Shown here: positions 37,143 to 47,327 of the stretch, piece by piece | Position numbering within the stretch: position 1 is the stretch's first letter | How the letters are laid out: the number at the start of each line of letters is the position of its first letter | Position numbers and translations under genes: made by a program | The notes under the pieces: model-generated | What the model saw: only the letters and a program-made list of their open reading frames with translations | Told to the model about the DNA's origin: nothing | The model's database searches: none | Origin: a virus | IMG/VR virus record: IMGVR_UViG_3300045988_089680 | Coordinates: 1-64,000 of that record | Reading direction: 5' to 3' (one strand) | Length of the DNA stretch: 64,000 nucleotides

Positions 37143-38662
37143 TGCCGAAAAGACAAGGTTACATATACGACCAGATGTGGCAATGGGACACATTAAAGGA
37201 AGCGGATAGAGTATCTACAAGACGTAAAAAGAACTACGGTGTAAAGAAGCACAAGAAGCAATGGATTAAAGACCTTGTGGAAGTTCAGAATATTATCCAC
37301 GACCGCAAGATGCGAACCGACGAATATAAGCATATGGAGGTGAACAATGGCAAGAAGAGGAGAAAAATCAGCAAACTTAACTTTCATCCAAATCACCTTG
37401 AACATCAAGCCTTGGTCTTAGTAAGTCACGACAGAATAGAACGCACATTGATTTCGCACACTTATGCGTCGAGAATCGGCTATGGACAGATAGCAGGTGC
37501 GTTGCAAGTAAAGAAATGGTTGCGAGAAAAAAGTGAGGAATGCTTGTGGTATGCACAAGGCGACATTTGCAAATACTATGCAAACATAGCACATGCCGTG
37601 TTGAAGAATAACTTGGAATACCTCTTTAAGGATAAAGAGTTTATCGATGCCTACATGGAACCGTTCGAGAGGTTTACTATAAGCGGTAAGGGCATACCTC
37701 TTGGAATCCGACCAAGCCAAGACAGCGGAAATATAGCTCTTATGCGATTTGACAGACATATGAAGGAGGTTGCAAAAGCTCACCTTTACCTGCGATACCT
37801 TGATGATTTCGTGATATTCGGAAGAACCAAGGGCGAGGTTAAGAGAAAAATGAAAATGGCGGAAGCTTTCCTTAAAGAATTAGGTTTTAAGATACACGAA
37901 CCTAAAATACGCCCTATCAGCGAAGGTTTAGACTTCCTTGGTTACGTATTCTACGAAGGTGGTGATATGTACTGGAGGAAGAGCAACAAGGTAAGTTGGC
38001 TGAAAAGAAGAACTAAGGTAACCAACAAACGCCGACTTCATGAGATAGACGCAGCAGCATGGGGAATGATAAAATGGGGAAATAAACATTGTAAAAGGTT
38101 ATATAAAATGGAAACAGGAATAGATATGAGCGAACTCGGCATAGAACTGCCGAAGAAAACGGACAGTATGGGTATGCGCATTATCGACGCTCCTAAGATT
38201 ACTGCATCAGTTGTGCTTAACAGTGAGCTTGAAGTGGTAGATTGGGTAAGAAACGTTGAGACAAGCTACGGCACGGGGCGTTATGCTTTGGAGGTTGTCT
38301 TCTATGGAAAGCACCATAAGCTCATTGTTAACACGTCAAAAATCAAGCAGATTATCGATGGTTTCGCCCTTGCCAACGTGACAAGCTTTACTGGCAAGTT
38401 CAAAGATGAAGGTGGTAATCATTTTTACTTTGACAATGTTAGAATCACAGGTATTGACAAACGACCTATAGGCAGGAACGAGGAAGGTAAACTCATTTTT
38501 ACCGACAAGAATGAACCAGTTGACATGGATGCCATGAAAGCCAAGGGTGCGGAAAATGTCAAAAAGGAAGCTGAAATAATGAAGAATGTGGAAGCTGCAC
38601 GCAAGGCAGAACTTGAGAAAAAGGCTGCTGAACAAGAAGAAAAGAATCAAAACAAAAAATAG
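37143..38662 (+). CDS. DGR-type reverse transcriptase with a ~200-aa C-terminal extension
   Basis: RT motifs are GIPLGIRPSQDSGNI (DGR-type LGxxxSQ) and YLRYLDDFVIFG (YxDD). It lies immediately downstream of the TR. I chose the ATG at 37143 over the track start at 37046. Confidence 0.85.
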
Positions 38663-38673
38663 GAGGAAATAAA

Positions 38674-39108
38674 ATGAAAAATCAGTATGGAAATATCAGA
38701 CGAGTGTTTATGACAGAGAAGCCTATGGTATACGACCGAGAGACGCGTATAGCATACATGGACTTTCAAACTGACACACAGACGAAAACTAACACCGACA
38801 ATGTTAGTAATACAACAAAGGGCAAGAAAGAGTCTAACACTATTGAGGGATACAGCGGTTTTGTTGTACAGACAGACGGTATCATCGATTACGGACACCT
38901 CAAGAGCTTGCTCATTGAAGCAGGTTATCCTCAGAAGGAAGAACATGCTATTTCTATCAACACAATCAGCGCACTCATGGCAAAGATTAATGGCAAGGAG
39001 CTGAGTGATGATGCTAAGAATGACATCGCTACTTTTGAGGAGTTTGACGAGTATCGCGGTCTGTGCGCAAACTGTGCAAGAGCGATAGTTGACATATTCA
39101 AGGTATAA
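38674..39108 (+). CDS. hypothetical acidic protein
   Basis: 144-aa ORF between the RT and the fibre gene. It is not Avd-like. Confidence 0.4.
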   Translation: MKNQYGNIRRVFMTEKPMVYDRETRIAYMDFQTDTQTKTNTDNVSNTTKGKKESNTIEGYSGFVVQTDGIIDYGHLKSLLIEAGYPQKEEHAISINTISALMAKINGKELSDDAKNDIATFEEFDEYRGLCANCARAIVDIFKV

Positions 39109-39128
39109 ACAATTAAAAAGGAGAGCAC

Positions 39129-41423
39129 ATGCCAAAACCAAAACTAAGAACATTCAAGGGTTCGTTCACTTGCAGGTGGGCTCCTTCGGATGGCGAGGAT
39201 GGAGCATACACGGCCTATAGCTACAACATCAGTAAAAACAAGACAAGTAAAAATTCATCCACTGCACCTACAGACTGCTATTACTCCACATGGCAGGACG
39301 CGCCGATAGCAACCACCGAAACATATCCGTTTTTGTGGATGAAGATGGAACGCAAGAACGACGCGAGCGACAAGAGTGTGAGCTATGTCTGTGTAACAGG
39401 TGATAAAGGCGACAAGGGTAACCCTGGAGATAACGGTACGGATGGCAACGGCATAGCGTCGCAGGTGTCGCTTTTCGTAGCTACGGACAAGAAAGCGGTG
39501 GCCTCGTATGGCAGCGTGTCTGGCTGGAGCAACCTCTTTCCGCAGCCTATAGAACAAAAGCCTTATGTGTGGAAATGTGTAAAGACTACCTACACAAAAA
39601 AACCAAACTCCTACTCTACTCCAGAGCTTGTGACTATCTATCAGAGCGGAACTAACGGCAATATACTTCGCAATGCGTCATTTACCGATTCGGGCAACAT
39701 GGAAGCGTGGGTAACACAAAGCAAGTATAGCATGTTGAGTCATAGCGCACCGATTGGCGACGGTGAGGGTATAGATACAAGCAACAAGCTGCATGGACAT
39801 AACTCCTACTTCGACAGATGTAGCGGTGTGAGTGGAGCTGCTAATTACAAGGACGTGCTTGTACAGACGATACATCATCCTAACGGAGGACTAAACAATA
39901 TTGTTAACGGTCAGTGGTACACACTGAGCTTTTGGGCAAAACGAGCTACCAATGTTATTACCCTTAACAAGACTGTATCCGCGACCTCCTATGCTATTGC
40001 AAACGTCTATCTTAAAGCAGGAATAGAGTATGCTATTAGTGTACAAAGCACTGTATCAAGTGCATCATACCCTATTGTCACAGCTGTGACACTTAACGGC
40101 ACATCGGCTGCAAGCTTAATTATTATGCAAACAGACAGTGGCAGAAAGACCGACTATCTTACACCGTCTACAAGCGGTATATATGTAATACGCAGCATTG
40201 TGGGCGGTAGCACGGGCAAGGGCACGGTTACTTCCTATGCTGTTGACGATAGCCGCGACCTATCCACTTATCTTGCTCCCAGTCTTATTGACACAAGCAG
40301 TAAGATATATGTTGATGGCGAGGAACGCACACCGTCGGCAGACTTGGGTGTTGTATGGTCGTTAGCAAGCGAATGGAGCTTTCACACGCTGACATTCAAG
40401 GCGGCATCGAGCCTAACTGCATCGGTTAAGCAGCAGTTGTCCTTTAGACTGGACTCTGTGCCTCATGTAGACCTTTGGCGTAAGGTGTGGATATGCGAAC
40501 CTAAACTCGAAAGCGGCATGATGTACACGGGATATGTAGACAGTTCAGAAGATTTGAAGGGTATTCCTGGCCTTATAGAACGCACAAGCGAATGGGTAGC
40601 AGGAGTTGAGTATCACAACGACTCAAATCTGACTGGAGGTATAAGATACCGTGACATAGTGACCGTAACGGACACGAAAGGCAACTTTGAGATATACGTA
40701 TGTCAGAAGACTCATCTATCCACGACCTCAAATGCACCTAAAACAGGCGAAGACAGCGCAGAATGGCTACACATTAATAATATGCAAAGACCTATCTACA
40801 CGCCACTTATCATAGCAGATAATGCGGTGCTGCGATTTGGGCAAACGAACAGAATGCTCATCACGAACAGCTCTCAGAAGGTGCAAGGTTGCTTTGGTGG
40901 TGTTGAAGACGAAGTAAACGGCTATCCACTGTGGATCGGTGGAGAGACAGCAGAGAAGGCGAACTTCAGACTGAGGTATGATGGACACATGGAAGCATTT
41001 GATGGTTTGTTCTCTGGCTTTGTTTTTAAGAAGGAGGTAGTTATTACTGATGATAACTTATCTTATTACTTGGAAAAATCCCCTTGGGGTTATGATGCCA
41101 TAAATCTAAAAAAAACAGGTTCAAGAATAAGACTTAAAATTAAAGATGCTTGTGACATATATATTCCTTGTATCTATCCTGAAGTGACAACTTATACCGA
41201 AGAACACAAAGACTTGTGTCGTTCGTATATTGGTACTACATTATTGATTTACGTAGAAAGTGGCACTGCGGTATTTACGGGAAACTTCAAGATAAAAGAA
41301 ACTGACAGCCCTTCGAGCTATGCTGTGACAGCAGGACGTTTTGCCGCTTTAACATGTAGCATAACAGGCACGAATGACAAAGAGGATATATATTGGTTGA
41401 TAAGGGTGGGAAAACAGAATTAA
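39129..41423 (+). CDS. tail fibre protein with a short collagen-like G-X-Y stretch
   Basis: 764 aa, containing GDKGDKGNPGDNGTDGNG. Confidence 0.55.
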   Translation: MPKPKLRTFKGSFTCRWAPSDGEDGAYTAYSYNISKNKTSKNSSTAPTDCYYSTWQDAPIATTETYPFLWMKMERKNDASDKSVSYVCVTGDKGDKGNPGDNGTDGNGIASQVSLFVATDKKAVASYGSVSGWSNLFPQPIEQKPYVWKCVKTTYTKKPNSYSTPELVTIYQSGTNGNILRNASFTDSGNMEAWVTQSKYSMLSHSAPIGDGEGIDTSNKLHGHNSYFDRCSGVSGAANYKDVLVQTIHHPNGGLNNIVNGQWYTLSFWAKRATNVITLNKTVSATSYAIANVYLKAGIEYAISVQSTVSSASYPIVTAVTLNGTSAASLIIMQTDSGRKTDYLTPSTSGIYVIRSIVGGSTGKGTVTSYAVDDSRDLSTYLAPSLIDTSSKIYVDGEERTPSADLGVVWSLASEWSFHTLTFKAASSLTASVKQQLSFRLDSVPHVDLWRKVWICEPKLESGMMYTGYVDSSEDLKGIPGLIERTSEWVAGVEYHNDSNLTGGIRYRDIVTVTDTKGNFEIYVCQKTHLSTTSNAPKTGEDSAEWLHINNMQRPIYTPLIIADNAVLRFGQTNRMLITNSSQKVQGCFGGVEDEVNGYPLWIGGETAEKANFRLRYDGHMEAFDGLFSGFVFKKEVVITDDNLSYYLEKSPWGYDAINLKKTGSRIRLKIKDACDIYIPCIYPEVTTYTEEHKDLCRSYIGTTLLIYVESGTAVFTGNFKIKETDSPSSYAVTAGRFAALTCSITGTNDKEDIYWLIRVGKQN

Positions 41424-41439
41424 ATAAAACTAAGACATC

Positions 41440-41868
41440 ATGAAAGTAAGTAACGAATTAATTGACAAGATTAAACAGTTTGAGGGCTACCGCTCTAAAG
41501 CTTATAGATGTTCGGCAGGAGTGCTGACGTGTGGCTACGGTCACACTGAGGGAGTGACTGCAAGGACTACGTGCAACAAGACTAAGGCTCTTGCATGGTT
41601 AAAATCCGACCTTGAGCCGATAGAGAACTTCCTCTCGGCTGTGCCTGAGGTGGCAAAGACACAAGGGAGGTTTGACGCTTGTGCGGACTTCTGTTTCAAT
41701 CTTGGCATGGGGGCGTTTAAGGTGTCTACGCTCTTCAAGCTGATACAGAAGAAGGCTTCGGTGACTGCTATTCAGGCAGAGTTCTTAAAGTGGATTTACG
41801 CAGGTGGCAAACCTTTGGAAGGATTGAAAAACCGCAGACGATGGGAAGCTCAGAGATGGGTCGAATAA
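41440..41868 (+). CDS. endolysin, GH24 lysozyme family
   Basis: The motif FEGYRSKAYRCSAGVLTCGYGHT is typical of GH24 lysozymes. Confidence 0.8.
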   Translation: MKVSNELIDKIKQFEGYRSKAYRCSAGVLTCGYGHTEGVTARTTCNKTKALAWLKSDLEPIENFLSAVPEVAKTQGRFDACADFCFNLGMGAFKVSTLFKLIQKKASVTAIQAEFLKWIYAGGKPLEGLKNRRRWEAQRWVE

Positions 41869-41890
41869 TTAATACATTAAGATAAAGAAA

Positions 41891-42379
41891 ATGGTGAATA
41901 ATATAACTGCAAGTACAGGACGTGCTGTTGTGGTCGGCACGATGGGCGTTGAAGCAATGACAGCACTCTACGATTTACGATGGATGCTTGTGTTGATAGT
42001 GGTGTTGATAGTTGCGGACTTTTGGTTCGGGGTGAGCGAGAGCCTTCATAAACACGAGCACTTCCGCTTCTCGAGAGCAGGACGGAGAACGTGCAACAAG
42101 GCGGTGGACTATGTGACGTACCTTATACTTGGCTCGGTGATAGGTCTTGCTATCTTTGAGCCGCTTGGTTGGGCGACACACACCACTACGGCTGCTATAG
42201 GATTGGGGTTTGGATGCGTGTGGGAGATTGATTCGATTGTGGGTCATGTGTGCGAGCTGCACGGTGTAAAAAACAGGTTTTCTATTAAGCGTCTCATTAT
42301 CGCGCTGATAAAAAAGAAGGATGCTGACATGGGAGAAGCGGTTGAAGAGGCGTGGAGTGAAGAAGGAGAAAAGAAATAG
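41891..42379 (+). CDS. holin-like membrane protein
   Basis: 162 aa with about 3 TM segments, adjacent to the lysozyme. Confidence 0.5.
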   Translation: MVNNITASTGRAVVVGTMGVEAMTALYDLRWMLVLIVVLIVADFWFGVSESLHKHEHFRFSRAGRRTCNKAVDYVTYLILGSVIGLAIFEPLGWATHTTTAAIGLGFGCVWEIDSIVGHVCELHGVKNRFSIKRLIIALIKKKDADMGEAVEEAWSEEGEKK

Positions 42380-42397
42380 ACAAAAAAGAGTAAAAAT

Positions 42398-42910
42398 ATG
42401 ACGAAAAAATTGTGGATAGTTTATGGGGGTGTGTTTGTGGTGCTGTTTCTGCTGTTTATGAATGTGGCGTTGATGAGACACTACTTCAAGGGACAGACGG
42501 AAGAGTGGAAGGACACCGTGAGGGTGACGGTGGTGGATACTGTGACGTATGACAAGCCAGTGGCGAGGGACAGCTTGGTGGTGAGGTATGTGAGGATGAT
42601 GGTGCCTGTGGTACGTGATACATTACACTCTATCTACACTGATACTATACAGGTAGATATGCCTATTACACAGAAAAGGTACGAGGACAGCACGTATACT
42701 GCCTGGGTGAGCGGATATGAGCCTTCATTGGACAGTATAAGGGTGTATGCGAGAAAGGACGTGGTGACTATAAACAAGATAATAAAAGAACCTCCTAATA
42801 GGTTTGTAGTTAGCTTTAACGTCGGCTACGGGCTTACTCAAAATGGCTTACAGCCATATATAGGTATTGGTGTTGGGTGTAAACTATTCTCATTTGGTAA
42901 ACAAAAATAA
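42398..42910 (+). CDS. membrane-anchored lysis-accessory (spanin-like?) protein
   Basis: 170 aa with an N-terminal TM anchor, in the lysis cassette. Confidence 0.3.
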   Translation: MTKKLWIVYGGVFVVLFLLFMNVALMRHYFKGQTEEWKDTVRVTVVDTVTYDKPVARDSLVVRYVRMMVPVVRDTLHSIYTDTIQVDMPITQKRYEDSTYTAWVSGYEPSLDSIRVYARKDVVTINKIIKEPPNRFVVSFNVGYGLTQNGLQPYIGIGVGCKLFSFGKQK

Positions 42911-42915
42911 GCAAT

Positions 42916-42993
42916 ATGGAATACGTACTATTGATAATTGTTGGTATCTTTGCTGCTGTATCAGCATTTATGCCAAAGTGTAAAAATAAATAA
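42916..42993 (+). CDS. possible 25-aa membrane peptide
   Basis: Hand translation gives MEYVLLIIVGIFAAVSAFMPKCKNK. It lies upstream of a strong terminator. Confidence 0.25.
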   Translation: MEYVLLIIVGIFAAVSAFMPKCKNK

Positions 42994-43031
42994 TTAAGTA
43001 TGTTTTAGGTAATTAGATTGTTTTAGGATGT

Positions 43032-43070
43032 GCCTTGCTTGTCTGTGATAGATAGGCAAGGCTTTTATTT
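43032..43070 (+). terminator. intrinsic terminator ending the late operon
   Basis: gccttgc...gcaaggc stem followed by TTTTATTT. Confidence 0.6.
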
Positions 43071-43218
43071 CCAAATTGTAATAACACGCATCTTTTATGT
43101 AGCACTTTGTCACAAAAATCAAATGTATGCTATTTATTTGAAGAATTAACAGTTAAATTAACTACATTCTGATAATTTTTGCTATATTTGCACAATATCA
43201 GATTTTAGACTAAAGATT

Positions 43219-43725
43219 ATGACAGAAGAAAAGAAAAAGACACTCCTTTCTGTCTTAGACGGAATGGACGTGAGCGAGGTTATCTCGCTGCTAATTATGA
43301 GCGGCAACAGTTATTCAAGAAGATTGTTGAAATTCATCAAGTGGATAACTAAATGGCTACCTATATGTATAATGGTGTGGCATAGTTTTGCTATGTTGGA
43401 TTTTTCTCAGAATCCGAGAGAAATGTTTATCGTGCATTCCGAACACTGGCCAAGCTACACATTTATATATGTGTTACTGTATGTATTACCACTTGTGCTC
43501 ATACTGTTCAGTAGATTCTTCTGGCTGTGTTGGGTATACAGGATTCCATTCTTTTACTACTTCGGTGTAAATGCTATACATCTCACTTTTTGGTCGTGGT
43601 ATACTACAAAAGAAATGGTAATGTCATGTATGTCTGTAATTGTAATGACAGGAGTATTTTACTTATACTGGGTAATAGATTGGTTCTTAACAAGAACAAG
43701 GATAGGTAAAAGGTTTTTCTTCTAA
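43219..43725 (+). CDS. multi-pass membrane protein (moron?)
   Basis: 168 aa with 4-5 hydrophobic segments. It has its own TAtaTTTG box at 43183-43190. Confidence 0.5.
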   Translation: MTEEKKKTLLSVLDGMDVSEVISLLIMSGNSYSRRLLKFIKWITKWLPICIMVWHSFAMLDFSQNPREMFIVHSEHWPSYTFIYVLLYVLPLVLILFSRFFWLCWVYRIPFFYYFGVNAIHLTFWSWYTTKEMVMSCMSVIVMTGVFYLYWVIDWFLTRTRIGKRFFF

Positions 43726-43736
43726 AGGCTAAGAAT

Positions 43737-44084
43737 ATGAAAAGGAAGGTTTTTAATTACTACACCTTGGCTCTCGTCCTAAAATCTCTGTATGATAGCT
43801 GTATGAAGGCATGGGAACAACAGAAGAATGGAGAAAAGGTAACAGCTTGTGGAATGTCAGATGAAGATATAGAAGAATTATGCGAAGACTATCTTCCGAA
43901 TCTGATGAATCCTATGATGTCTAAAGAAGAAGTACAACGTAAGCTTGGTGTCAGTGAAGCTACACTCAACAGAATGGTAAAAAGAGGAGATATTCCTAAC
44001 GGACAGCAAGACGTAGGAGGACACGTAAGATGGTGGAAGAAATGGGATATACTACCTTTTATAAGAAATAAGCATAAGAAATGA
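43737..44084 (+). CDS. HTH DNA-binding protein (excisionase/AlpA-like)
   Basis: Motif KLGVSEATLNRMVKRGDIPNG. Confidence 0.45.
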   Translation: MKRKVFNYYTLALVLKSLYDSCMKAWEQQKNGEKVTACGMSDEDIEELCEDYLPNLMNPMMSKEEVQRKLGVSEATLNRMVKRGDIPNGQQDVGGHVRWWKKWDILPFIRNKHKK

Positions 44085-44242
44085 TAGCATATGCTATCAA
44101 CGTAAATAGCTGAATTTCAGAGGATAATAAAAAGTGTGAGCGTGTTATGGCTTTTTTGGTCGTAACACGCTAATTTTGTGTCTGTAACGTTACATAGTGT
44201 TAGTAAATCTATTAAGGTAAAAACTGAAAAAAGATTGTTATT

Positions 44243-45244
44243 ATGGAGAGTAAAACTTACGTATTCGGAGAGAATGGGCCTACTACTGGTGGCGGTCTTA
44301 ATAGCATTCTGGCTATGCTCCCAGCACTCATGCAGAAGCAGGGCGTAGACCCAAGCCTTTTTGCCCTTTGCAATGGCAAGAGCAATGGCAATGGTTGGGG
44401 CGAAAATCTATTCGCCATCTTGCTTCTCTTCATCCTCATGGGTAGAGGCAACCTCTTTGGAGGTGGCTTTGGTGGCGGTATGATGCCTAACGGACAAGGT
44501 GGCGTTGTTCCTATGCTCAACAACGATGCGAACACAGCAGTTATCATGCAAGCTGTTCAGCGCAATGGTTATGATGTTCAGAGCTTGGCAACAGCCCTCA
44601 ACACTTCGAGCGACGCTGTAATGGCTGCTATCAACAGTTTAGGTCAGCAGATATGCAACATCGGCAGTCAGATGGGCTTGAATACCAATCAGATAATCAC
44701 CGCTCTCATGCAAGGTAACAACGCTATTGCTACACAGTTGGCAGAGTGTTGCTGCAAGACAAACAACGCTATCACCGCAATGGACGGTAATGTGAAGTTA
44801 GCAATGTGTCAGCAGACAGGTGCTTTGACAAATGCTATCAACAACGTGGCTGTTAGTCAGGAGCGTGGCTTCTCTAATCTTGCTTACGAAACTCAGCGTC
44901 AGACTTGCGACTTGCAAAACGCTATCAAGGACAGTACCCAGACTATCATTGACGGGCAGAAGCAAGCCGAAATGCGCGAGCTTCAGAACAAGATTGACTC
45001 GCTTCGCGAAGAGAACAGCACCTTCAAGTCTTCTGCTATGACTTCGCAGATTGTCGGTCAAGCTATAGCACCTATCAATGCTGTACTGACAGGTTTGCAG
45101 CAAGAAGTAGCAGGAATCAAGTGCAAATTGCCCGAGACAGCGACTGTAGCTTACAGCCCCTTTACTGCCGTTCCTAACTGTGTAGCAGCTCAGATGGGAC
45201 TGTACGGTTTTAATGCCGTGAATGGTGCAAGCTTCTGGACTTAA
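44243..45244 (+). CDS. hypothetical protein (Gly-rich N-terminus, TM-like segment, Cys cluster, coiled coil)
   Basis: 333-aa ORF. Confidence 0.5.
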   Translation: MESKTYVFGENGPTTGGGLNSILAMLPALMQKQGVDPSLFALCNGKSNGNGWGENLFAILLLFILMGRGNLFGGGFGGGMMPNGQGGVVPMLNNDANTAVIMQAVQRNGYDVQSLATALNTSSDAVMAAINSLGQQICNIGSQMGLNTNQIITALMQGNNAIATQLAECCCKTNNAITAMDGNVKLAMCQQTGALTNAINNVAVSQERGFSNLAYETQRQTCDLQNAIKDSTQTIIDGQKQAEMRELQNKIDSLREENSTFKSSAMTSQIVGQAIAPINAVLTGLQQEVAGIKCKLPETATVAYSPFTAVPNCVAAQMGLYGFNAVNGASFWT

Positions 45245-45262
45245 AGAAAGGAGGACAAGACT

Positions 45263-45607
45263 ATGATATGGGGCTATCCTTTTTCATGGGTCAATAGAAG
45301 AGGTTCGGCAGCGATAGGCTCTACTGGTGTAAAGGTAAATGCTGAGAACGTGGTGTTTACCTTTAAGAACCACGCTTTCGTTAATGCAAACTACAGAGGA
45401 ACAATTTTCGTTAATCTGCTACAGGCTATACCGACAGGTACAACGACTACGCTGCCAATCCTCTTTGAGACCAACGGCACTACACAGGCTGTTACCAAGT
45501 TCAATGGAGCAGCACTGACGGTTGCCGACGTAGCCGGAACTGGTGTATATCAGTTGTGGTTCGAGAGAGACACTAACACCCTTCAACTCATGACGGGTAT
45601 TGTATAA
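45263..45607 (+). CDS. hypothetical beta-rich protein
   Basis: 114-aa ORF preceded by aaggagg. Confidence 0.45.
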   Translation: MIWGYPFSWVNRRGSAAIGSTGVKVNAENVVFTFKNHAFVNANYRGTIFVNLLQAIPTGTTTTLPILFETNGTTQAVTKFNGAALTVADVAGTGVYQLWFERDTNTLQLMTGIV

Positions 45608-45627
45608 CAAGTTAAAATTCGACTTCT

Positions 45628-46149
45628 ATGTTTCAAGGACTTCGACAAAACAGCATATTTTATGTGCTTGACAAATCGGGAGAACCGACACTGAAAATAG
45701 GACAAGTGGTAAATGTGAGCAATCCGCAACCCAAGTTTCCTTCATATCAGCCTGGGCAATTTAATCCGCAGCCAATGGAAACAACGGTAGATGTAAAGGT
45801 TAAAATGCCAGATGGTGAGGCAGAATTTAAGCAATTGCCATCGAACGGACAGATTGCTAACTCGGGAGACCTCGTTGTATCTGAGAGCCGTGAGGCTATG
45901 AGCGCAGAGATTGAAGCTATGCTCAGGCACTCTAAAGAGGTGCTTGAGAGCAAGGAATATCATGAGAAAGTGGTAAAGAACTGTGAGCAGATGTTGGGTG
46001 TCCTCAATCCGCAGATAGCCAAAGAAAAGGCGCAAGAACAAAGGATAGGTAACCTTGAAGCCGATGTGAGCGGCATGAAAGGCACGCTGTCGAACATTGA
46101 GACTATGCTGCAAAGAGCCTTGAACAAGAAGTCGAACGGAAACACTTAA
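45628..46149 (+). CDS. hypothetical protein
   Basis: 173-aa ORF. Confidence 0.45.
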   Translation: MFQGLRQNSIFYVLDKSGEPTLKIGQVVNVSNPQPKFPSYQPGQFNPQPMETTVDVKVKMPDGEAEFKQLPSNGQIANSGDLVVSESREAMSAEIEAMLRHSKEVLESKEYHEKVVKNCEQMLGVLNPQIAKEKAQEQRIGNLEADVSGMKGTLSNIETMLQRALNKKSNGNT

Positions 46150-46160
46150 TACTGAACATT

Positions 46161-46430
46161 ATGTATATGGTTGAGATTACAGAAAACAAGTTAGATGAGC
46201 TTGTTGAGAATGCCGAGAAAATGCTTAAATACGGTTCTAAGGTAATGTCCTGCATCGAAAGCATAAGACAAGGCGAAGGTCGTATGGGTGAGCGTTCTCC
46301 AATGTCAGATTATCGTGACATGGGACGTGACGAGCGCAGACGCTATGAGCGTGGCATGGACTACGACGATGAAGGACGTTACGGAGAACGTTATGGTGGC
46401 GGCTACTATGGTGGTGGCAGACGCTACTAA
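46161..46430 (+). CDS. hypothetical protein with an R/G/Y-rich disordered tail
   Basis: 89 aa ending GERYGGGYYGGGRRY. A 10-bp hairpin follows at 46439-46469. Confidence 0.45.
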   Translation: MYMVEITENKLDELVENAEKMLKYGSKVMSCIESIRQGEGRMGERSPMSDYRDMGRDERRRYERGMDYDDEGRYGERYGGGYYGGGRRY

Positions 46431-46485
46431 GTAAAACCGACAGGTAGGGAATACTGTTTCCTACCTGTCTTAACAAGGAAAGACT

Positions 46486-46914
46486 ATGGAAAAATGTAGA
46501 ATGCCTTTAGATGTCTATGATTTGAAGCCTGATGCAATGATAGCCTATCTCAGATATAACGGCTACCACTTCAACAAGAAGATGTGCGATTGGGCTGTCA
46601 GTCATATGCGCAAGGTCAACAAAGCGAGCGGTAAAGAAGAACCGATTGAGCCTATTAACAAGGACAAGGTAGAGGAAATGATGCAGACCAATGGGCTGAC
46701 CCTTGAAAACCTTGTCGGCTACGACCATGTCTATGTGGCGAATATGTGTAAGGCTGACTTTTGGGGCAAGTCCATTAAAGACGAAGCGAGCTTGGCGCAT
46801 TATGTAAAGGACACAATAGACGATGTAGACCAGAAGGACGGTTTTGTGTTCAATCGTTTCTATGCAGACTGCTGCCACAATGGTATGCCTATACCTTGGG
46901 AAGATTTGCTATGA
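46486..46914 (+). CDS. hypothetical protein
   Basis: 142-aa ORF with an ATGA overlap onto the next gene. Confidence 0.45.
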   Translation: MEKCRMPLDVYDLKPDAMIAYLRYNGYHFNKKMCDWAVSHMRKVNKASGKEEPIEPINKDKVEEMMQTNGLTLENLVGYDHVYVANMCKADFWGKSIKDEASLAHYVKDTIDDVDQKDGFVFNRFYADCCHNGMPIPWEDLL

Positions 46915-47327
46915 TAAGGCGTGAGATTCATTTGGATCAGTATAGGTGGAGTATTACGTGTTTTATCGGGTACACTGCTGATGATACGGATGAGATATGT
47001 CATGCGTTAGAAAATATAGGCTGTAATGGCCACTCCCTTGAATCTGCATACAGGCATCTATCATTGTCGAGTGACGAGCGAGGACTAACCTACTCTAACG
47101 TGGGTAAAAGAGAAAGCGTTGTCGCAGTTGGCGCATCGGATAACAGAGGAAGCGTTGTGAACACTATAGGACATGAACTCTTTCATGTAGTTGCGCACAT
47201 CTGCGATAATGACGGTATAGAAATGCAGAGCGAACATCCGTGCTATATCATGGGCGAGCTTTGTGAAAAAATATATGACAATCTAAATCTTATAAAGTGG
47301 AACTATGGATATAAATGTAATGATTGA
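46911..47327 (+). CDS. small HExxH metallopeptidase-like protein (paralog of 14399-14803)
   Basis: TIGHELFHVVAHICDNDGIEMQSEHPCYIMGEL aligns with CCHEASHVCDAIEEDIGMKHGGEPSAYLIGWI. Confidence 0.5.
   Translation: MIRREIHLDQYRWSITCFIGYTADDTDEICHALENIGCNGHSLESAYRHLSLSSDERGLTYSNVGKRESVVAVGASDNRGSVVNTIGHELFHVVAHICDNDGIEMQSEHPCYIMGELCEKIYDNLNLIKWNYGYKCND

Noticed and set aside
37143-38662. The RT as a group II intron maturase or a retron RT.
   Set aside because: I saw no intron domain V/VI-like RNA, no X/maturase or En domain, and no msr/msd inverted repeats. Instead there is an adjacent TR/VR pair with adenine-biased mismatches and an LGxxxSQ motif.
38647-39153. 168-aa minus-strand ORF. Similar cases are 41975-42481, 32047-32550 and 29147-29599.
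   Set aside because: Each fully overlaps better-supported plus-strand genes (the RT end with ORF 38674, the holin-like gene, the Tal-like gene, the Dit-like gene). I regard them as antisense shadows.
39400-39460. A collagen-like repeat region as a separate feature.
   Set aside because: It is only about six G-X-Y triplets inside the tail-fibre CDS, so I noted it as a property of that protein.
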